A DNA stretch of 64,000 bases from Macrostomum hystrix (taxonomy: Eukaryota > Animalia > Platyhelminthes). The stretch lies in NCBI GenBank assembly GCA_950097015.1, contig CATNEN010000001.1:25296001-25360000 (forward strand), read 5' to 3'. Below the pieces are notes generated by a model. That model ran no database searches. It was not told the origin of the DNA and worked only from the letters and a program-made list of their open reading frames with translations. Positions 36,001 to 48,800 of the stretch are shown piece by piece (positions within the stretch are counted from its first letter, which is position 1; each line of letters starts with the position of its first letter). The translations under genes and the position numbers were made by a program.

Positions 36001-38783
36001 CTGTCAGATGCTGTGTACATTTAGTTAACTTGTCAATCATAGTAAGCACGCTTGTGTCTAATCAATAGTAGTTCAGTAACAGACTGAATTGCAGTGTCCA
36101 GTCCTAAGACAGGCTGATAACATTGCTATGTCAAGCAGAACCAAAAAATAGTCTAACTTCACTGACTCATAGGCTGTTAAGGTGACTGTTGTTTATCTGT
36201 TACTTTTCAATACTTCATTTTAAATCGAGTTTTAAATGGCAAAGTGACTTTAAGTGCATCTCGAGTCATTTAGAGCAATTTGACAATGATCCCTTGCTTC
36301 TGAGGCTGAGGCCGTGCTATCCAATTTCTGGCTATAACTGCTCAAATCACTAAAAGCACAATGTCACAGGAGAGAGACTATTTTCTGGTTTCGTTTGATG
36401 CTGAAACTATTTCCGAAAGCTGATTGGAAGAAATGTAATATAAATTGAGTGTCTCACACACCTGTGTGAGTGTGTGCTCAAGAGTCAGCGGAATGGGCAG
36501 AATTGCCTCTCGCTGGCTAGGGTGTCTCGTATCAGCAAATGATGGGCGAGTGATGTGAGTGCGTCTGCTTTCTCATAATTTCCGCAATGGTTGCCGATCT
36601 ATAAAATAGTTTTCGAAGCTGCCCCTCGCTCTGTTAATCAGTTTGAGTGCGCTCAAGATGCTAATCTTTAGTTTTGCCTTGCATTTCTTTCATACACTGT
36701 GGTTGGCTTCGTTTAGTTCTACTAATCCAGCTTGTTTTGACGAAACGGGAGATTTTACTTCGTCAGAGTCTCTGGGCTTTTAATCCATTTGGTTGGCGCA
36801 ATTAGCTGAGTGGACTCAAAGCAGCAGCGGCGCTATTCTCAATCATAGTGATGCATTTCTAGCTATAAGCCTACTCGGCAGCAGCAAGCAGTACTGCTGC
36901 ACACTCTGGTTGCTGTGCTATAGTCTTCAAACCGTAGTACCGAAGTCATTGTGTTTAAGTTCGCCCTAATCGCATTGATTTGCCTCGCAATAAACTGTGT
37001 TGCAGTAGTTTAGTACCACATTATAATGTTAGTTGATTACGGTCTTAAATTTTGCTTTAACTAATACTTTTTGTTCATTGAAATTTTGTAAACCTGATTT
37101 AATTTCTGCTTAGTAACATAACATGATTGCTTGATATCTTGGTGAGATTCGGTATTCTAACCTATGCACTTGACATATTTTAATGCGTTTAAGCGGTGGT
37201 GATTCACGTTTTACACTGTAGCCACTAGTTAATAGTACAGCTTCATCTCTACAAAAGGCATATTTAAGAAAATTTGAAGGAAAATTAGTTTGTCGAATTG
37301 GGTAAAAAAATCGAAAGGTATTTTTGTCGAGTTTTCCATGTGTTTAGGACTATGACACGAGCATAACCGTGCGTTTGATTTTAAACGACCCAAAATACAA
37401 TAAATTCTGATGTATAGCTCCAACAATGAGCCCGTGCATGACATCGGCCCGCAGACTCAGTCGGATATCTACGGAACAGTGCAAGCAATGCACCATGAGC
37501 AGGACTGCCTGCGAGAGCGCATGGACAAGATCGAGGACTACTTGATGATGCTGCAGGTATGCTCAGCAATCAACCCCTGCATGTTATCCAGATTAGGCCT
37601 AGCAGATCTTCATCTGTCATGCTTTATTGGATTGCTAAGATGAATCAGTCTCGGTGACTTCCTGAGTAAATGCGAAGACTGCGAATAATATTCTCCCCTC
37701 AATGGCCCTAGTTGGTCGTTCTCTAAGGAGGGTGGCTCCTGGCACCGCAGGAGCCACTACTTCACTTTGTCTCCCACTCCCCCTTTTGGCAATTAGCCAG
37801 CCAATCGATTGATGTCAGTGGCTGGTAACTCGATCAAAAGTGCCCCCAGTTAAGCCAGACTTACCGTGGCGAAAGTGTAAAGTGTCAGATTCTCTGCGCG
37901 TAAGACGCTTCTAATTAAACTGAAGTCTTTGTTGTCTTTGAATAATTTGAGAGTCCAAGAACTAATATGGAATTGATTTGCATTCTGTTGTGGACGAAAT
38001 CGCCACGGCCTTGACAAGACAAAGAGATTTTGACATGCAGCAATGCAGCAACAAGGCCGTTCAACGTCAAGTGCGTTCGCACTCTAGAGGCACTCAAAAG
38101 ATCAGAAAAGAGAAGAAACTCAGAGATAAGCCAATCTCGCGACCTAAATTTCAGAGCTCAGAGCGAGTGGAATTAGCGCATTGTGCTGAGCGCATCTTGC
38201 CAGTCAGGCGTGGCCGAAAATAGGGCGCTGTGGATGGCCACCCCTGATTGCAGCTCCCAGCCATATAATCCCATCACTGCCGCAGTCGACTAAGTGAATG
38301 TAATTTTAGAATCGGAGCAGTCTATGCAGGCAAATCCGAAATTGCGAGCAGTGACAAAATGCTGAGCACGCATCGATGCGCGCAACTCGAGTGGCTCGCT
38401 GCTCAAAAGTGAACAGGCGCCGGGACGTCAGGAAATTAGAGCACAATTTTCTCTCTTTAACGAAAAATAGAAAAAATCTTTACCTGATTAAAAAATATCG
38501 ACTTTGATTTCCCAAGGGAGGTGATTTAGTTGCATTTCAAATATCCGTATTTTGGTGACGTTGACCGAAAACTGACTGAGACTGAGAACTCAATACTGTA
38601 CTGACTAACAACTTGACAATGCTTCATCTGTCTCAACCCTTTCAGCAACAGATGCTGAACCTGCCCAGACTGCTGAGAGATACAACCAGCGGCTCCCAGC
38701 AGCAGCAGCAGCAGCAGCATCACCCGCCGACAAGGAGGAACATTCTCGCCAACGCTTCATTCAATCAAACTTTCGGTCACTAA
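21062..38783 (+). CDS. KCNN: Small-conductance calcium-activated potassium channel (SK/KCa2), ~840 aa
   Basis: Exons 21062-22384 (..[40 protein letters not shown]), 25702-25797, 27282-27700 ([32 protein letters not shown]), 27974-28109 (pore [23 protein letters not shown]), 31617-31727 (S6, [12 protein letters not shown]), 31986-32113 (Ca[26 protein letters not shown]), 32208-32277 (..ANTLVDLAK), 37455-37556 and 38646-38783 (stop). All introns are GT-AG with consistent phases. The exact start codon and the last exon are less certain. Confidence 0.95.
22485..22760 (+). mobile_element. SINE family B copy (degenerate head) in SK intron
   Basis: About 190 bp highly similar to 54669-54852 (CATTTATTTGGGGCGCAG..GAGGGCCAACCTCCAAGGCAC..GTGTACACTGCCTGA..GTGTGTGCTCAG), followed by a second head fragment at 22731-22760. 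Confidence 0.8.
23970..24910. repeat. 16-bp minisatellite (GTAAGCAAGTACGTAG)n in SK intron 1
   Basis: Direct reading; about 55 units. Confidence 0.98.
27781..27919 (-). mobile_element. tRNA-derived SINE family A, copy 2 (SK intron 3)
   Basis: Homologous to 310-459 (AGTTAAGTG.CTTGCT..CAAATTGTT.CAGTGGAG..GGAATCGAACC..CGACCTTCAA.TCGTGAGTC..GCTCTAA.CACAAGGC). Confidence 0.75.
31838..31950 (+). mobile_element. Degenerate tRNA-derived SINE (family A-like) in SK intron 5
   Basis: TGGTCAGAG..GAGGGGTCGGGAGTTCGCATCTC (B-box-like) followed by TTAGCAAGACCCTTAA (CORE-like). Confidence 0.45.
33843..34880. repeat. 9-bp minisatellite (CAGTGAGAA/CAGTGAGAG)n in SK intron 7
   Basis: Direct reading; source of the SEN/TVR/FSL pseudo-ORFs. 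Confidence 0.97.
34889..35815. repeat. 24-bp minisatellite (GGGTAGAACACTGAGGCACTGTGA)n
   Basis: Direct reading; abuts the 9-bp array. Confidence 0.97.
36455..36520 (+). mobile_element. 3' fragment of SINE family B
   Basis: CACACCTGTGTGAG..GTGTGCTCA.GAGTCAGCG.AATGGGCAGAATTGCCTC.CGCTGGCT matches 54800-54891 with an internal deletion. Confidence 0.65.
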
Positions 38784-40094
38784 GCTATCCCTGTCCCTGA
38801 ATTGCTTGTCATCCCAGCCCTCACTGTCCGCTCAGCATGAAAGTGTGAAATCCCAGTGTGTCACTCTCAAGTCCTACAGACAATTTATACGTAAATTTGG
38901 GTCTTCACTTTCATTTTTCGCATATACTTTCGTGTTCTTTAGAATGCAGTTTCACTTGTCACATCTGTACTTTTCGACTCGAAATTATTGAGTAGTCGAT
39001 TGTGAAGCATGAAATGCCAGCCATGATTCCGATAAGTCAATCTGCTCAATTTTTGGTGAAGGAGCTGTGGAAAAAAACAACCTTTGTTCCCTAATTTTTT
39101 ATTGTGCAAGGTAACACAATTGCGATGTGAGATGGTTGTTAAGGTGAAAATTAATACTAATCTGGCGAAAACCAGTGCTCTCGTCAATGCAGCGACTAAA
39201 GTGCAGCGAGACACTCGGTAAAATAAAATCTGCAGTTCAAACGGCCCAGTCAGCACAGACATTTGCACCCTTGTTATTTTATTCAACTTTCCAGAACTGT
39301 TCAAGTTCTATATTTTAATCTAGTTAATTGTCAAGCATTCAAGCGAGACAGTCATGAAACCCATATGCGCTATGTACATACTTGAGCTTGTGACTTGAAC
39401 CAGTTTAATATCTAGAGACATTATTGAAGACAATGATATTTCCAAGGATTCTGTGAATTTCTATGACGTTTATAAGCTGTTTCTAAGCAAAAAATTTAGT
39501 TTTCATCGCTCTGATAAAAAATGTAATATTAAATTTAGTTCCCGACACCTGTTTGATGTGCACCCGACAGGTGTCGAATATTTACGCCTGTCTCATCCGC
39601 GTCAACAATTCCTTGCAGCAGGAAAATTGTTTTCACCCTTCATGCACTTTAATTAATGCTCTTTTTTATCCTCATTCCTTTCACGTGGAACATCGGTAGG
39701 CATCGGCGAGAATCAAGGGATAAAAATTAGCAAAATTATTTTTTGTCGACTCCTTTCTCTTTTTGAAACTTATCTCTCGATTGCAGGTCTCAAAAATGAA
39801 ATACCAATAGTGAAAAATCTTATTGAACAGTAAATAAACTGTGTCATACGTGGAGCTGCAAAGCTTTGAAAATACCGGACTTCTAATTGCTATTGTTCGC
39901 AGACGGGTTCTGGCAACCACAGGCGCATTGTCAGGCTGTGTACAATCTCACTGTGCCAGGCATTCTCTGCGCCACCGAATTGAATGTGACCTCTTGCTAC
40001 TAAATTCGAACTCAAAAACTTTGTTGCTAGAGTCAGATGAGTTATCCGCTTCACCACTCTCCCCCCTTTCCGGCTAATTAAAAAAAGTACACTT

Positions 40095-40340
40095 ATAGTG
40101 CCCGTGGCTGCACGTGACCGTCCTCCTCTGCCCCGCCCCCACCATTTTGCCATCGGATTGGCTGGCCCTTCTGCCCTCCTTACATTTCTCGTAGTCCTGC
40201 GTGGCTCTGCCCCACCCCCTTTGTATCATCCAATCAGCGCCCCCCCGAGGTCTACCCAGACTTTATTGGTGCCAGTCAGGCCTACCCCGCCCTGCGCGGA
40301 TTGGCTGGTGAGTTTGGTTCCTCCTTCTCTCTCTTACCCA
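40095..40340. promoter_or_regulatory. Promoter-like motif cluster (E-box, GC boxes, CCAAT boxes)
   Basis: CACGTGAC at 40111, CCCCGCCCC at 40131, GATTGGCT at ~40156 and ~40299, CCAATCAGC at 40230 and CCCCGCCC at 40285. No downstream CDS identified. Confidence 0.4.
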
Positions 40341-41169
40341 CGCCTTGGCCTTGCATGAGAAATTCTATCCTGGTGCCCAGCTTCTGCTGTTCTGCTGTTC
40401 TTCTGCTAAATTCACCTTCGAGCAAGTAGCCCGTCAAAGTTGCGACATTGGCACAACATGTAAGCGAACGAATCAGCCCCAGTCACAACTGTCACAACCT
40501 CTGAAGTAATATATGCATTACTTCTTTGAGCAAACTTCTTACTTGTAGAAACTTTTTTCGGCGTAGAAAAAAATTGGCATTAACAAAAAATCGATCGATA
40601 GCCATGCAGTGCTCCGTAAGCCATCATCGAATCCGAGTGTCTGAAGCTCAACCACTTCATCTGCTCCGCTCCCGCTTGTGTCACTTGGCAACACTGGCAA
40701 CACTCAAGTAGCAGCTAAACTTAATTACCCAGCCAACTCCAAGATATTGATTTCACCACCTACTTTGCCTTGTTTCTTTTCCTTTAGTACTTGCTCGTTT
40801 TTCCCCTTTTTACCCCCTGGTTTGGTTCACTCGCAGTCGCCATGGCAGCTGGGTGGTATTTCTGCTCATTTTGCGAATTGCTGATTTAAACAGCTGATAA
40901 GATATGAATCAGCTGATGCTGTCTTGTTAGCTTTGATTGCAAAAATTGCGCGGTTCAAAGTCGGTCAAACTTCTCTAACACACTTTATGGTCTCATTGCA
41001 AGGACAAAAAAGTACTTTAGTCAAGTTTATCTCGGGCGAAAAAAATACAAGGCTATTACTATACAATCTAATCATTTAACGAGAGAACTTCACATTAATA
41101 ACGGAATAACGCAATGGTCCGAATTTGTGACCAATAATTTTTAAAGCTTCACTTAGGGAAACTTTTTAG

Positions 41170-41297
41170 CCCAGAATTTACGTACACCCTCACATAAATT
41201 CCTACCCCAGAATGTAGATGCACCCTCACATAAATTCCTATCCCAGAATTTACATACACCCTCACATAAATTCCCACCACAGAATGTACATACACCC
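41170..41297. repeat. 36-bp tandem repeat x~3.5
   Basis: CAGAAT recurs at 41172, 41208, 41244 and 41280 (unit CCCAGAATTTACRTACACCCTCACATAAATTCCTAY). Confidence 0.85.
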
Positions 41298-41744
41298 AGC
41301 AGCCACTCAACTACTGACACGCTCAGCCACTCAAACTCAATCTAATTTTCTTCAGACAAAAATATCACCGGAAGGAAGACCTAGCTGACGAACACTGCCG
41401 ACGCAGGAAGTGGATGAGGGAAGTGGGAAGCGACTTACCAGAGCTGGCCGTTACGGGGGGCACTTCACAGCTCTGAGAAGACGCAAAATACGCCCCCCCC
41501 CCCAGGTTCAAATCAGGTCCCGCAGCTGCTGGCGGCTTGAGGAAATGAGCCAAAGGAGAGGAAATGAAGCTAGAGCAGAAGAAGAAAGAGGACTGGAAGA
41601 ATCCGCGTGATTTCGGCTAGGCGGAAGTCGTATTTTTAGATTTGAGTTTTAGGAGCGTCTGCTGGAACAGAATCCGCTTCTACTGCAAAATTGCCACCAG
41701 CTTTGACACTGCTTTGTACATGCAGATGAGGATCTAAAAGGCGG

Positions 41745-42585
41745 CTCAGCCTGAGGATCTGGGAGGATGGCTGCTCAACCTGAGCATCTGGGAGGATGGC
41801 TGCTCAACCTGAGCATCTGGGAGGATGGCTGCTCAACCTGAGGATCTGGGAGGATGGCTGCTCAACCTGAGGATCTGGGAGGATGGCTGCTCAGCCTGAG
41901 GATCTAGGAGGATGGCTGCTCAGCCTGAGGATCTGGGAGGATGGCTGCTCAGCCTGAGCATCTGGGAGGATGGCTGCTCAACCTGAGCATCTGGGAGGAT
42001 GGCTGCTCAACCTGAGGATCTGGCAGGATGGTTGCTCAACCTGAGGATCTGGGAGGATGGCTGCTCAAACTGAAGATCTGGGAGGATGGCTGCTCAGCCT
42101 GAGGATCTGGGAGGATGGCTGCTCAGCCTGAGGATCTAGGAGGATGGCTGCTCAGCCTGAGGATCTGGGAGGATGGCTGCTCAACCTGAGGATCTGGGAG
42201 GATGGCTGCTCAGCCTGAGCATCTGGGAGGATGGCTGCTCAACCTGAGCATCTGGGAGGATGGCTGCTCAACCTGAGGATCTGGCAGGATGGCTGCTCAA
42301 CCTGAGGATCTGGGAGGATGGCTGCTCAGCCTGAGCATCTGGGAGGATGGCTGCTCAACCTGAGGATCTGGGAGGATGGCTGCTCAACCTGAGGATCTGG
42401 GAGGATGGCTGCTCAACCTGAGGATCTGGGAGGATGGCTGCTCAACCTGAGCATCTGGGAGGATGGCTGCTTAACCTGAGCATCTGGGAGGATGGCTGCT
42501 CAACCTGAGTATCTGGGAGGATGGCTGCTCAACCTGAGCATCTGGGAGGATGGCTGCTCAACCTGAAGATCTGGTGAGGATGGAT
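41745..42585 (+). repeat. 29-bp minisatellite (CTGAGGATCTGGGAGGATGGCTGCTCAAC)n
   Basis: Direct reading. Confidence 0.97.
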
Positions 42586-43315
42586 TCTAGATTCTAGCTC
42601 GTAGACCGTAGATCCTCAGCCTGAGGAACTGAGGAAACAACAACAGTGCTGTTGTATTTGAGAAATGAAGTGCCTGCTTGTAGGAGCTTAATGAGCAGAA
42701 GAGCGGTTTGAGTCTGCTCAGTGATTGGTAAGAGATTGCCCAGTAGCAGAAAGTAATCAAACAGGAAATCGGCACGCCAAATTGCTCGAAGCAGTAAATA
42801 TATTGACGTCCATTACAAGCACTTCTACCTAGGTCAATTGTGTTCAATGCTTTTCTAAGAAAATAAAAACATCAGAAATATCTATTAAAAAACTAGCTTG
42901 GCATGTTTACCACCCGCTGTAGTCTTAAAGGCACAGGAGACCGAAGCCAGGGAGCGGAGGAAAATAGAGAGAGGAGAGGGACGTCTGTGAGAGCTGAGCG
43001 TGATTACCAAATCTTACGTAGGGTTTTATTTGGGAAACTGTAAAAGGACGTGAAATTTTTCGATTTAAGAAAAAATATGAATCTAATTAAATTGAGCCAC
43101 TGAACCGAAAGGAGTTGAAAAGAGAGTTTGAGTCTATCTTTCTCATTGTGGCTGATGTGCGCACAACTGAAATCGCGGTGTCAGACAGGCTATGAACCGT
43201 GAAATTAAACTCGCGTAAGTCTTCAAGCAATGGCTTTCGTGCTCAGTATGGCACGCGAGCAAAATTATTGAAAAATGCTAAAATGGGATTTAAATAACGC
43301 TTGTTCCCTCTCAAG

Positions 43316-44855
43316 TCCTCAGGTTGAGTAGCTTTCCTATGACATCCTCAGGCTGAGTAGCTTTCCTATGACATCCTCAGGCTGAGTAGCTTTCCTATGA
43401 CATCCTCAGGCTGAGTAGCTTTCCTATGACATCCTCAGGTTGAGTAGCTTTCCTATGACATCCTCAGGTTGAGTAGCTTTCCTATGACATCCTCAGGTTG
43501 AGTAGCTTTCCTATGACATCCTCAGGTTGAGTAGCTTTCCTATGACATCCTCAGGTTGAGTAGCTTTCCTATGACATCCTCAGGTTGAGTAGCTTTCCTA
43601 TGACATCCTCAGGCTGAGTAGCTTTCCTATGACATCCTCAGGCTGAGTAGCTTTCCTATGACATCCTCAGGTTGAGTAGCTTTCCTATGACATCCTCAGG
43701 CTGAGTAGCTTTCCTATGACATCCTCAGGTTGAGTAGCTTTCCTATGACATCCTCAGGTTGAGTAGCTTTCCTATGACATCCTCAGGTTGAGTAGCTTTC
43801 CTATGACATCCTCAGGTTGAGTAGCTTTCCTATGACATCCTCAGGTTGAGTAGCTTTCCTATGACATCCTCAGGCTGAGTAGCTTTCCTATGACATCCTC
43901 AGGTTGAGTAGCTTTCCTATGACATCCTCAGGTTGAGTAGCTTTCCTATGACATCCTCAGGTTGAGTAGCTTTCCTATGACATCCTCAGGTTGAGTAGCT
44001 TTCCTATGACATCCTCAGGCTGAGTAGCTTTCCTATGACATCCTCAGGTTGAGTAGCTTTCTAATTTCATCCTCTGTTTGAGTAGCTTTCTTATTTCATC
44101 CTCTGTTTGAGTAGCTTTCTTATTTCATCCTCTGTTTGAGTAGCTTTCTTATTTCATCCTCTGTTTGAGTAGCTTTCTTATTTCATCCTCTGTTTGAGTA
44201 GCTTTCTTATTTCATCCTCTGTTTGAGTAGCTTTCTTATTTCATCCTCTGTTTGAGTAGCTTTCTTATTTCATCCTCTGTTTGAGTAGCTTTCCTATTTC
44301 ATCCTCTGTTTGAGTAGCTTTCTTATTTCATCCTCTGTTTGAGTAGCTTTCTTATTTCATCCTCTGTTTGAGTAGCTTCTCTCTCACATCCTCAGTTTGA
44401 GTAGCTTTCCTATGACATCCTCAGGTTGAGTAGCTTTCTTATTTCATCCTCAGTTTGAGTAGCTTCTCTCTCACATCCTCAGTTTGAGTAGCTTTCCTAT
44501 TTCATCCTCAGGTTGAGTAGCTTTCCTATGACATCCTCAGTTTGAGTAGCTTTCCTATTTCATCCTCAGTTTGAGTAGCTTCTCTTTCACATCCTCAGTT
44601 TGAGTAGCTTTCCTATTTCATCCTCAGGTTGAGTAGCTTTCCTATGACATCCTCAGTTTGAGTAGCTTTCCTATTTCATCCTCAGGTTGAGTAGCTTTCC
44701 TATGACATCCTCAGGTTGAGTAGCTTTCCTATGACATCCTCAGTTTGAGTAGCTTTCCTATTTCATCCTCAGTTTGAGTAGCTTCTCTTTCACATCCTCA
44801 GTTTGAGTAACTTTCCTATTTCATCGTCAGTTTGAGCACCTTTCTTATTTCATCC
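43316..44855 (-). repeat. 29-bp minisatellite (ATCCTCAGGTTGAGTAGCTTTCCTATGAC)n and variants; continues at 45177-45528 and 50141-50520
   Basis: Direct reading; interrupted by the solo LTR and the full-length Gypsy element. Confidence 0.97.
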
Positions 44856-45176
44856 TGTCGGATAGCTTAGCAAAAGTACTATTTGCGCGCCACTCTGTAA
44901 CAGCTAGTTATTGTCATTTCAATACTCGCTATTTGCTATCTGCATGGCTATAGTTCACGTGCACTCATGTCACCCCACTGTGCTGTTTTTTTAGGTTTCC
45001 AATGCTTACTTTCTCTCACTGATAGAAGGCGCTGTAGCACCCACCCCTAATCTCCTAACAATGCTGAGTCAGCCATTGAGTCGTACTAGTACAATAAATA
45101 TGACTGCGCGGACGCTAATGAATGCGTGCTTGTTTTCTACTCCTAACTTACTCGTCTCAGAACCCATAATTTCACA
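44856..45176 (+). mobile_element. Solo LTR (321 bp) of the adjacent Gypsy element, 4-bp TSD ATCC
   Basis: TG..CA termini, near-identical to the LTRs at 45529-45849 and 49821-50140, flanked by ATCC on both sides, with no PBS or PPT adjacent. Confidence 0.95.
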
Positions 45177-45850
45177 ATCCTCAGTTTGAGTAGCTTTCCT
45201 ATGACATCCTCAGGTTGAGTAGCTTTCCTATGACATCCTCAGTTTGAGTAGCTTTCCTATGACATCCTCAGGTTGAGTAGCTTTCCTATGACATCCTCAG
45301 GTTGAGTAGCTTTCTTATTTCATCCTCAGTTTGAGTAGCTTCTCTCTCACATCCTCAGTTTGAGTAGCTTTCCTATTTCATCCTCAGGTTGAGTAGCTTT
45401 CCTATGACATCCTCAGTTTGAGTAGCTTTCCTATTTCATCCTCAGTTTGAGTAGCTTCTCTTTCACATCCTCAGTTTGAGTAACTTTCCTATTTCATCGT
45501 CAGTTTGAGCACCTTTCTTATTTCATCCTGTCGGATAGCTTAGCAAAAGTACTATTTGCGCGCCACTCTGTAACAGCTAGTTATTGTCATTTCAATACTC
45601 GCTATTTGCTATCTGCATGGCTATAGTTCACGTGCACTCATGTCACCCCACTGTGCTGTTTTTTTAGGTTTCCAATGCTTACTTTCTCTCACTGATGCAA
45701 GGCGCTGTAGCACCCACCCCTAATCTCCTAACAATGCTGAGTCAGCCATTGAGTCGTACTAGTACAATAAATATGACTGCGCGGACGCTAATGAATGCGT
45801 GCTTGTTTTCTACTCCTAACTTACTCGTCTCAGAACCCATAATTTCACAT

Positions 45851-45865
45851 TGGCGACGAGGATGG
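45851..45865 (+). other. Primer-binding site complementary to the tRNA-Ser(GCU) 3' end
   Basis: TGGCGACGAGGATGG is the reverse complement of ..CCATCCTCGTCG-CCA, the 3' end of metazoan tRNA-Ser(GCU) as I recall it; it lies 1 nt after the 5' LTR. Confidence 0.8.
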
Positions 45866-48800
45866 CTACAACTGGAAGAATTCCAGAACTCTCTGCTAAC
45901 TCTGACATTGATATCTACTTAGAGAGGCTCGAACAGTATTTCATCTGCAAAGAAGTCCGAGACGAGGCAAAGGTCGCCACGCTGGTAACCGCTATCGGAG
46001 AGGATGCCTACAAGGTTCTACGGAATCTATGCCTGCCGGAACCAGCGATCTCCAAGTCCTACACTGAGCTAGCTGATATCCTAAAGGCGTATTATGCGCC
46101 CAAGACGTCAATGCTCTCCGCCAGATTTAGATTTCAACAGCGCGTGCAGAAGCCCGGTGAGAGCCTCGCTGACTTCATCGCTGGCCTGAAAGCGGCATCA
46201 GAGCGCTGCGAATTCGGGACCACTCTGGACGAAAGACTGCGCGACCAGTTGGTATTCGGTCTCCGCAGCGATACGCACCGCGCTAAGCTGCTGGAGATCG
46301 AAAAGCCTGACTTCAAGACGCTGCTCGCCAGACTCGACGCACTAGAGGCGGCGGAGAGATCCTCATCGGAGATGGCGCACCGAGCGGAAGCGGTTGCCCA
46401 CCTGCGTTTCCAAAAGAAACCTCCAGCATTCAAGGAGACCAATAAGCAGGCCCCTCGCCAGTCAGCTGGAGCTCCAGCTGGCGCAACGCGGCCTGCTGCG
46501 GCCACGGGCCCGTGCGCGAGCTGCGGCGGTGCTCACAGTCGACAGCAGTGCAAGCTGCGCGAGGCAAAGTGCCACAACTGCGGCAAAATCGGCCACATCC
46601 GCAAAGTGTGCAAATCATCCAAGCTGCACAAGGTGGATCCGGAACCGGCCGAGCTGCAGGAGCCCCTTTTCAGCGTTCGGCAGTGCGGATCTAGCAAGGG
46701 ATTAGACGTCGAGCTGCTGGTGCAGGGTAAGCCATGTCGCTTCGAAGTGGACACTGGATCCGCCCTGACCGTCATCCCGAAGGGCATTCAGCGAGAGGTC
46801 CTGCCAGGTCTAAGACTATCGCCGACTTCTACGGTGCTACGGACCTACACAGGCGAGAGCTTCAAGCCCGTCGGACAGGCGGATGTCGCCGTTCAGCACA
46901 ATGGCCAGCATCGGCGGCTAACGCTGCTGGTGGTCGATCAAGGTGACGTCGCGCTGCTGGGCCGGGACTGGCTGACGCAGCTGAGACTCGACTGGCCGAA
47001 GATCTTCGGGCAGGTCAACGCGGTGGCTGGAGAGGCAGACGATGTGCAGGCTCAGTTTCACGACGTATTTCAAGGCGGCCTGGGCACATATCGGCATGGC
47101 GAAGTGAAGCTGCACATGCCGGCGGAAGCCAAGCCGCGCTTCTTCAAGGCACGACCAGTTCCCTACGCGCTCAGGGACCGCGTGGACCAGGAGCTTCGGC
47201 GGATGGAGGCTGACGGCATCATCACGCCTGTTAAATATTCCGACTGGGCGGCGCCAATCGTGCCGGTCGTCAAGAAGAATGGTGCTGTCAGGATCTGCGG
47301 CGACTACAAGCTGACCTACAACGCTGAGGCCAGGCCGGAGCTGTACCCGCTGCCCCGCATCGAGGATATGTTCGCCAAGCTGGGCGGCGGCTGCAAGTGG
47401 TCGAAACTGGACATGTCAAACGCGTTCCTGCAGCTGCCATTGTCCGAGGACAGCAAGCCCTACTTGACCATCAATACGCAGCGCGGTCTATACCAACTGA
47501 ACCGAATGCCGTTCGGAATCAACTGCGCCAGCGCCGTGTTTCAGCGCACGCTGGATTCTTTGCTCGGCGATCTGGAGTCTGTGCAGGTCTTTGTCGATGA
47601 CATTCTGGTGACGGGCAAGACGCTGCAGCAGCATCACCAGAACCTGATCAAGGTCCTTCAACGACTGCAGGAGGCGGGTCTGCGGCTGAACAAGGACAAG
47701 TGTGAGTTCTTCCGCGACTCAGTCGAATATTTAGGCCATCGTATCGACAGCAACGGTCTCCGGCCACTAGCGGAGAAGGTGACGGCAGTGCAGGATGCGC
47801 CGCCACCCACGGACTGCAGTCAGCTGCGAGCCTACCTAGGGATGCTGACCCACTACGGCAAGTTCTTGCCGCACCTGTCGACGGTGGTCGCTCCGCTGAA
47901 TCAGCTGTTGATGAAGAATGCGCGCTGGACGTGGGCTGAGCCTCAGCAACAGGCCTTCGAACGATCCAAGCGACTCCTGCTAGAGTCTCCTGTGCTCATA
48001 CACTACGACGCTAAGCTGCCGCTGCGTCTGGAATGCGACGCCAGCCCGTACGGACTAGGTGTGGTGCTGACTCATCGAGTGGACGGCGAGGACAGGGCGA
48101 TCGCCTTCGCCAGCCGTAGCCTAACAGCGACTCAAAAGGGCTATTCACAGCTGGATAAGGAGGCGCTCGCGATCATGTTTGGCTTGCAGCGCTTCCATCA
48201 GTTTCTGCAAGGCCGCAAGTTCGTCATCGTCACCGACCACAAGCCGCTCCTGGGTCTCCTCGGCGAGCACAAGGGCATTCCGGAGCACGCAGCGGCGCGC
48301 ATGCAGCGCTGGGCGATTCGCCTAGCCAGCTATGACTACTCGCTGGAGTTCAGGCCCACCAGCAAGCACGCCAACTGCGACTCGCTGTCCCGCTTGCCGC
48401 TGGCCAGGCAGTTCGAAGAGGAGCCAGCCGTCAACGCTCTGCTGCTGGACGAGGAGACTGGATCCGCCATCACGGCTCAGGCGGTGGCCCGGCACACTCG
48501 CTCGGACGCCCTCCTAGGCCGGGTGCTTCGATGCCTACAGACGGGCGCTCCAATGGCGGCCGCTGAGCTAGTCGACTTCGTAAGGCGCCGAGACGAGCTG
48601 AGTGTGGAGCAAGGCTGCGTGCTGTGGGGATCTCGCGTCGTCGTGCCGACGGCCCTGCGACAAGGCGTGGTGGATGAGCTGCACCAAGCGCACCCAGGCA
48701 TCAACCGCATGCGAGCTCTGGCCCGCAGCTATGTGTGGTGGCCAGGATTGGACAAGCAGCTGAAGGCGGCCGTCAAGTCCTGCCGGATCTGCGCCCTCAA

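Noticed and set aside
41357-41610. Purine-rich possible coding exon
   Set aside because: The frames are short, closed by stops and show no recognisable homology.
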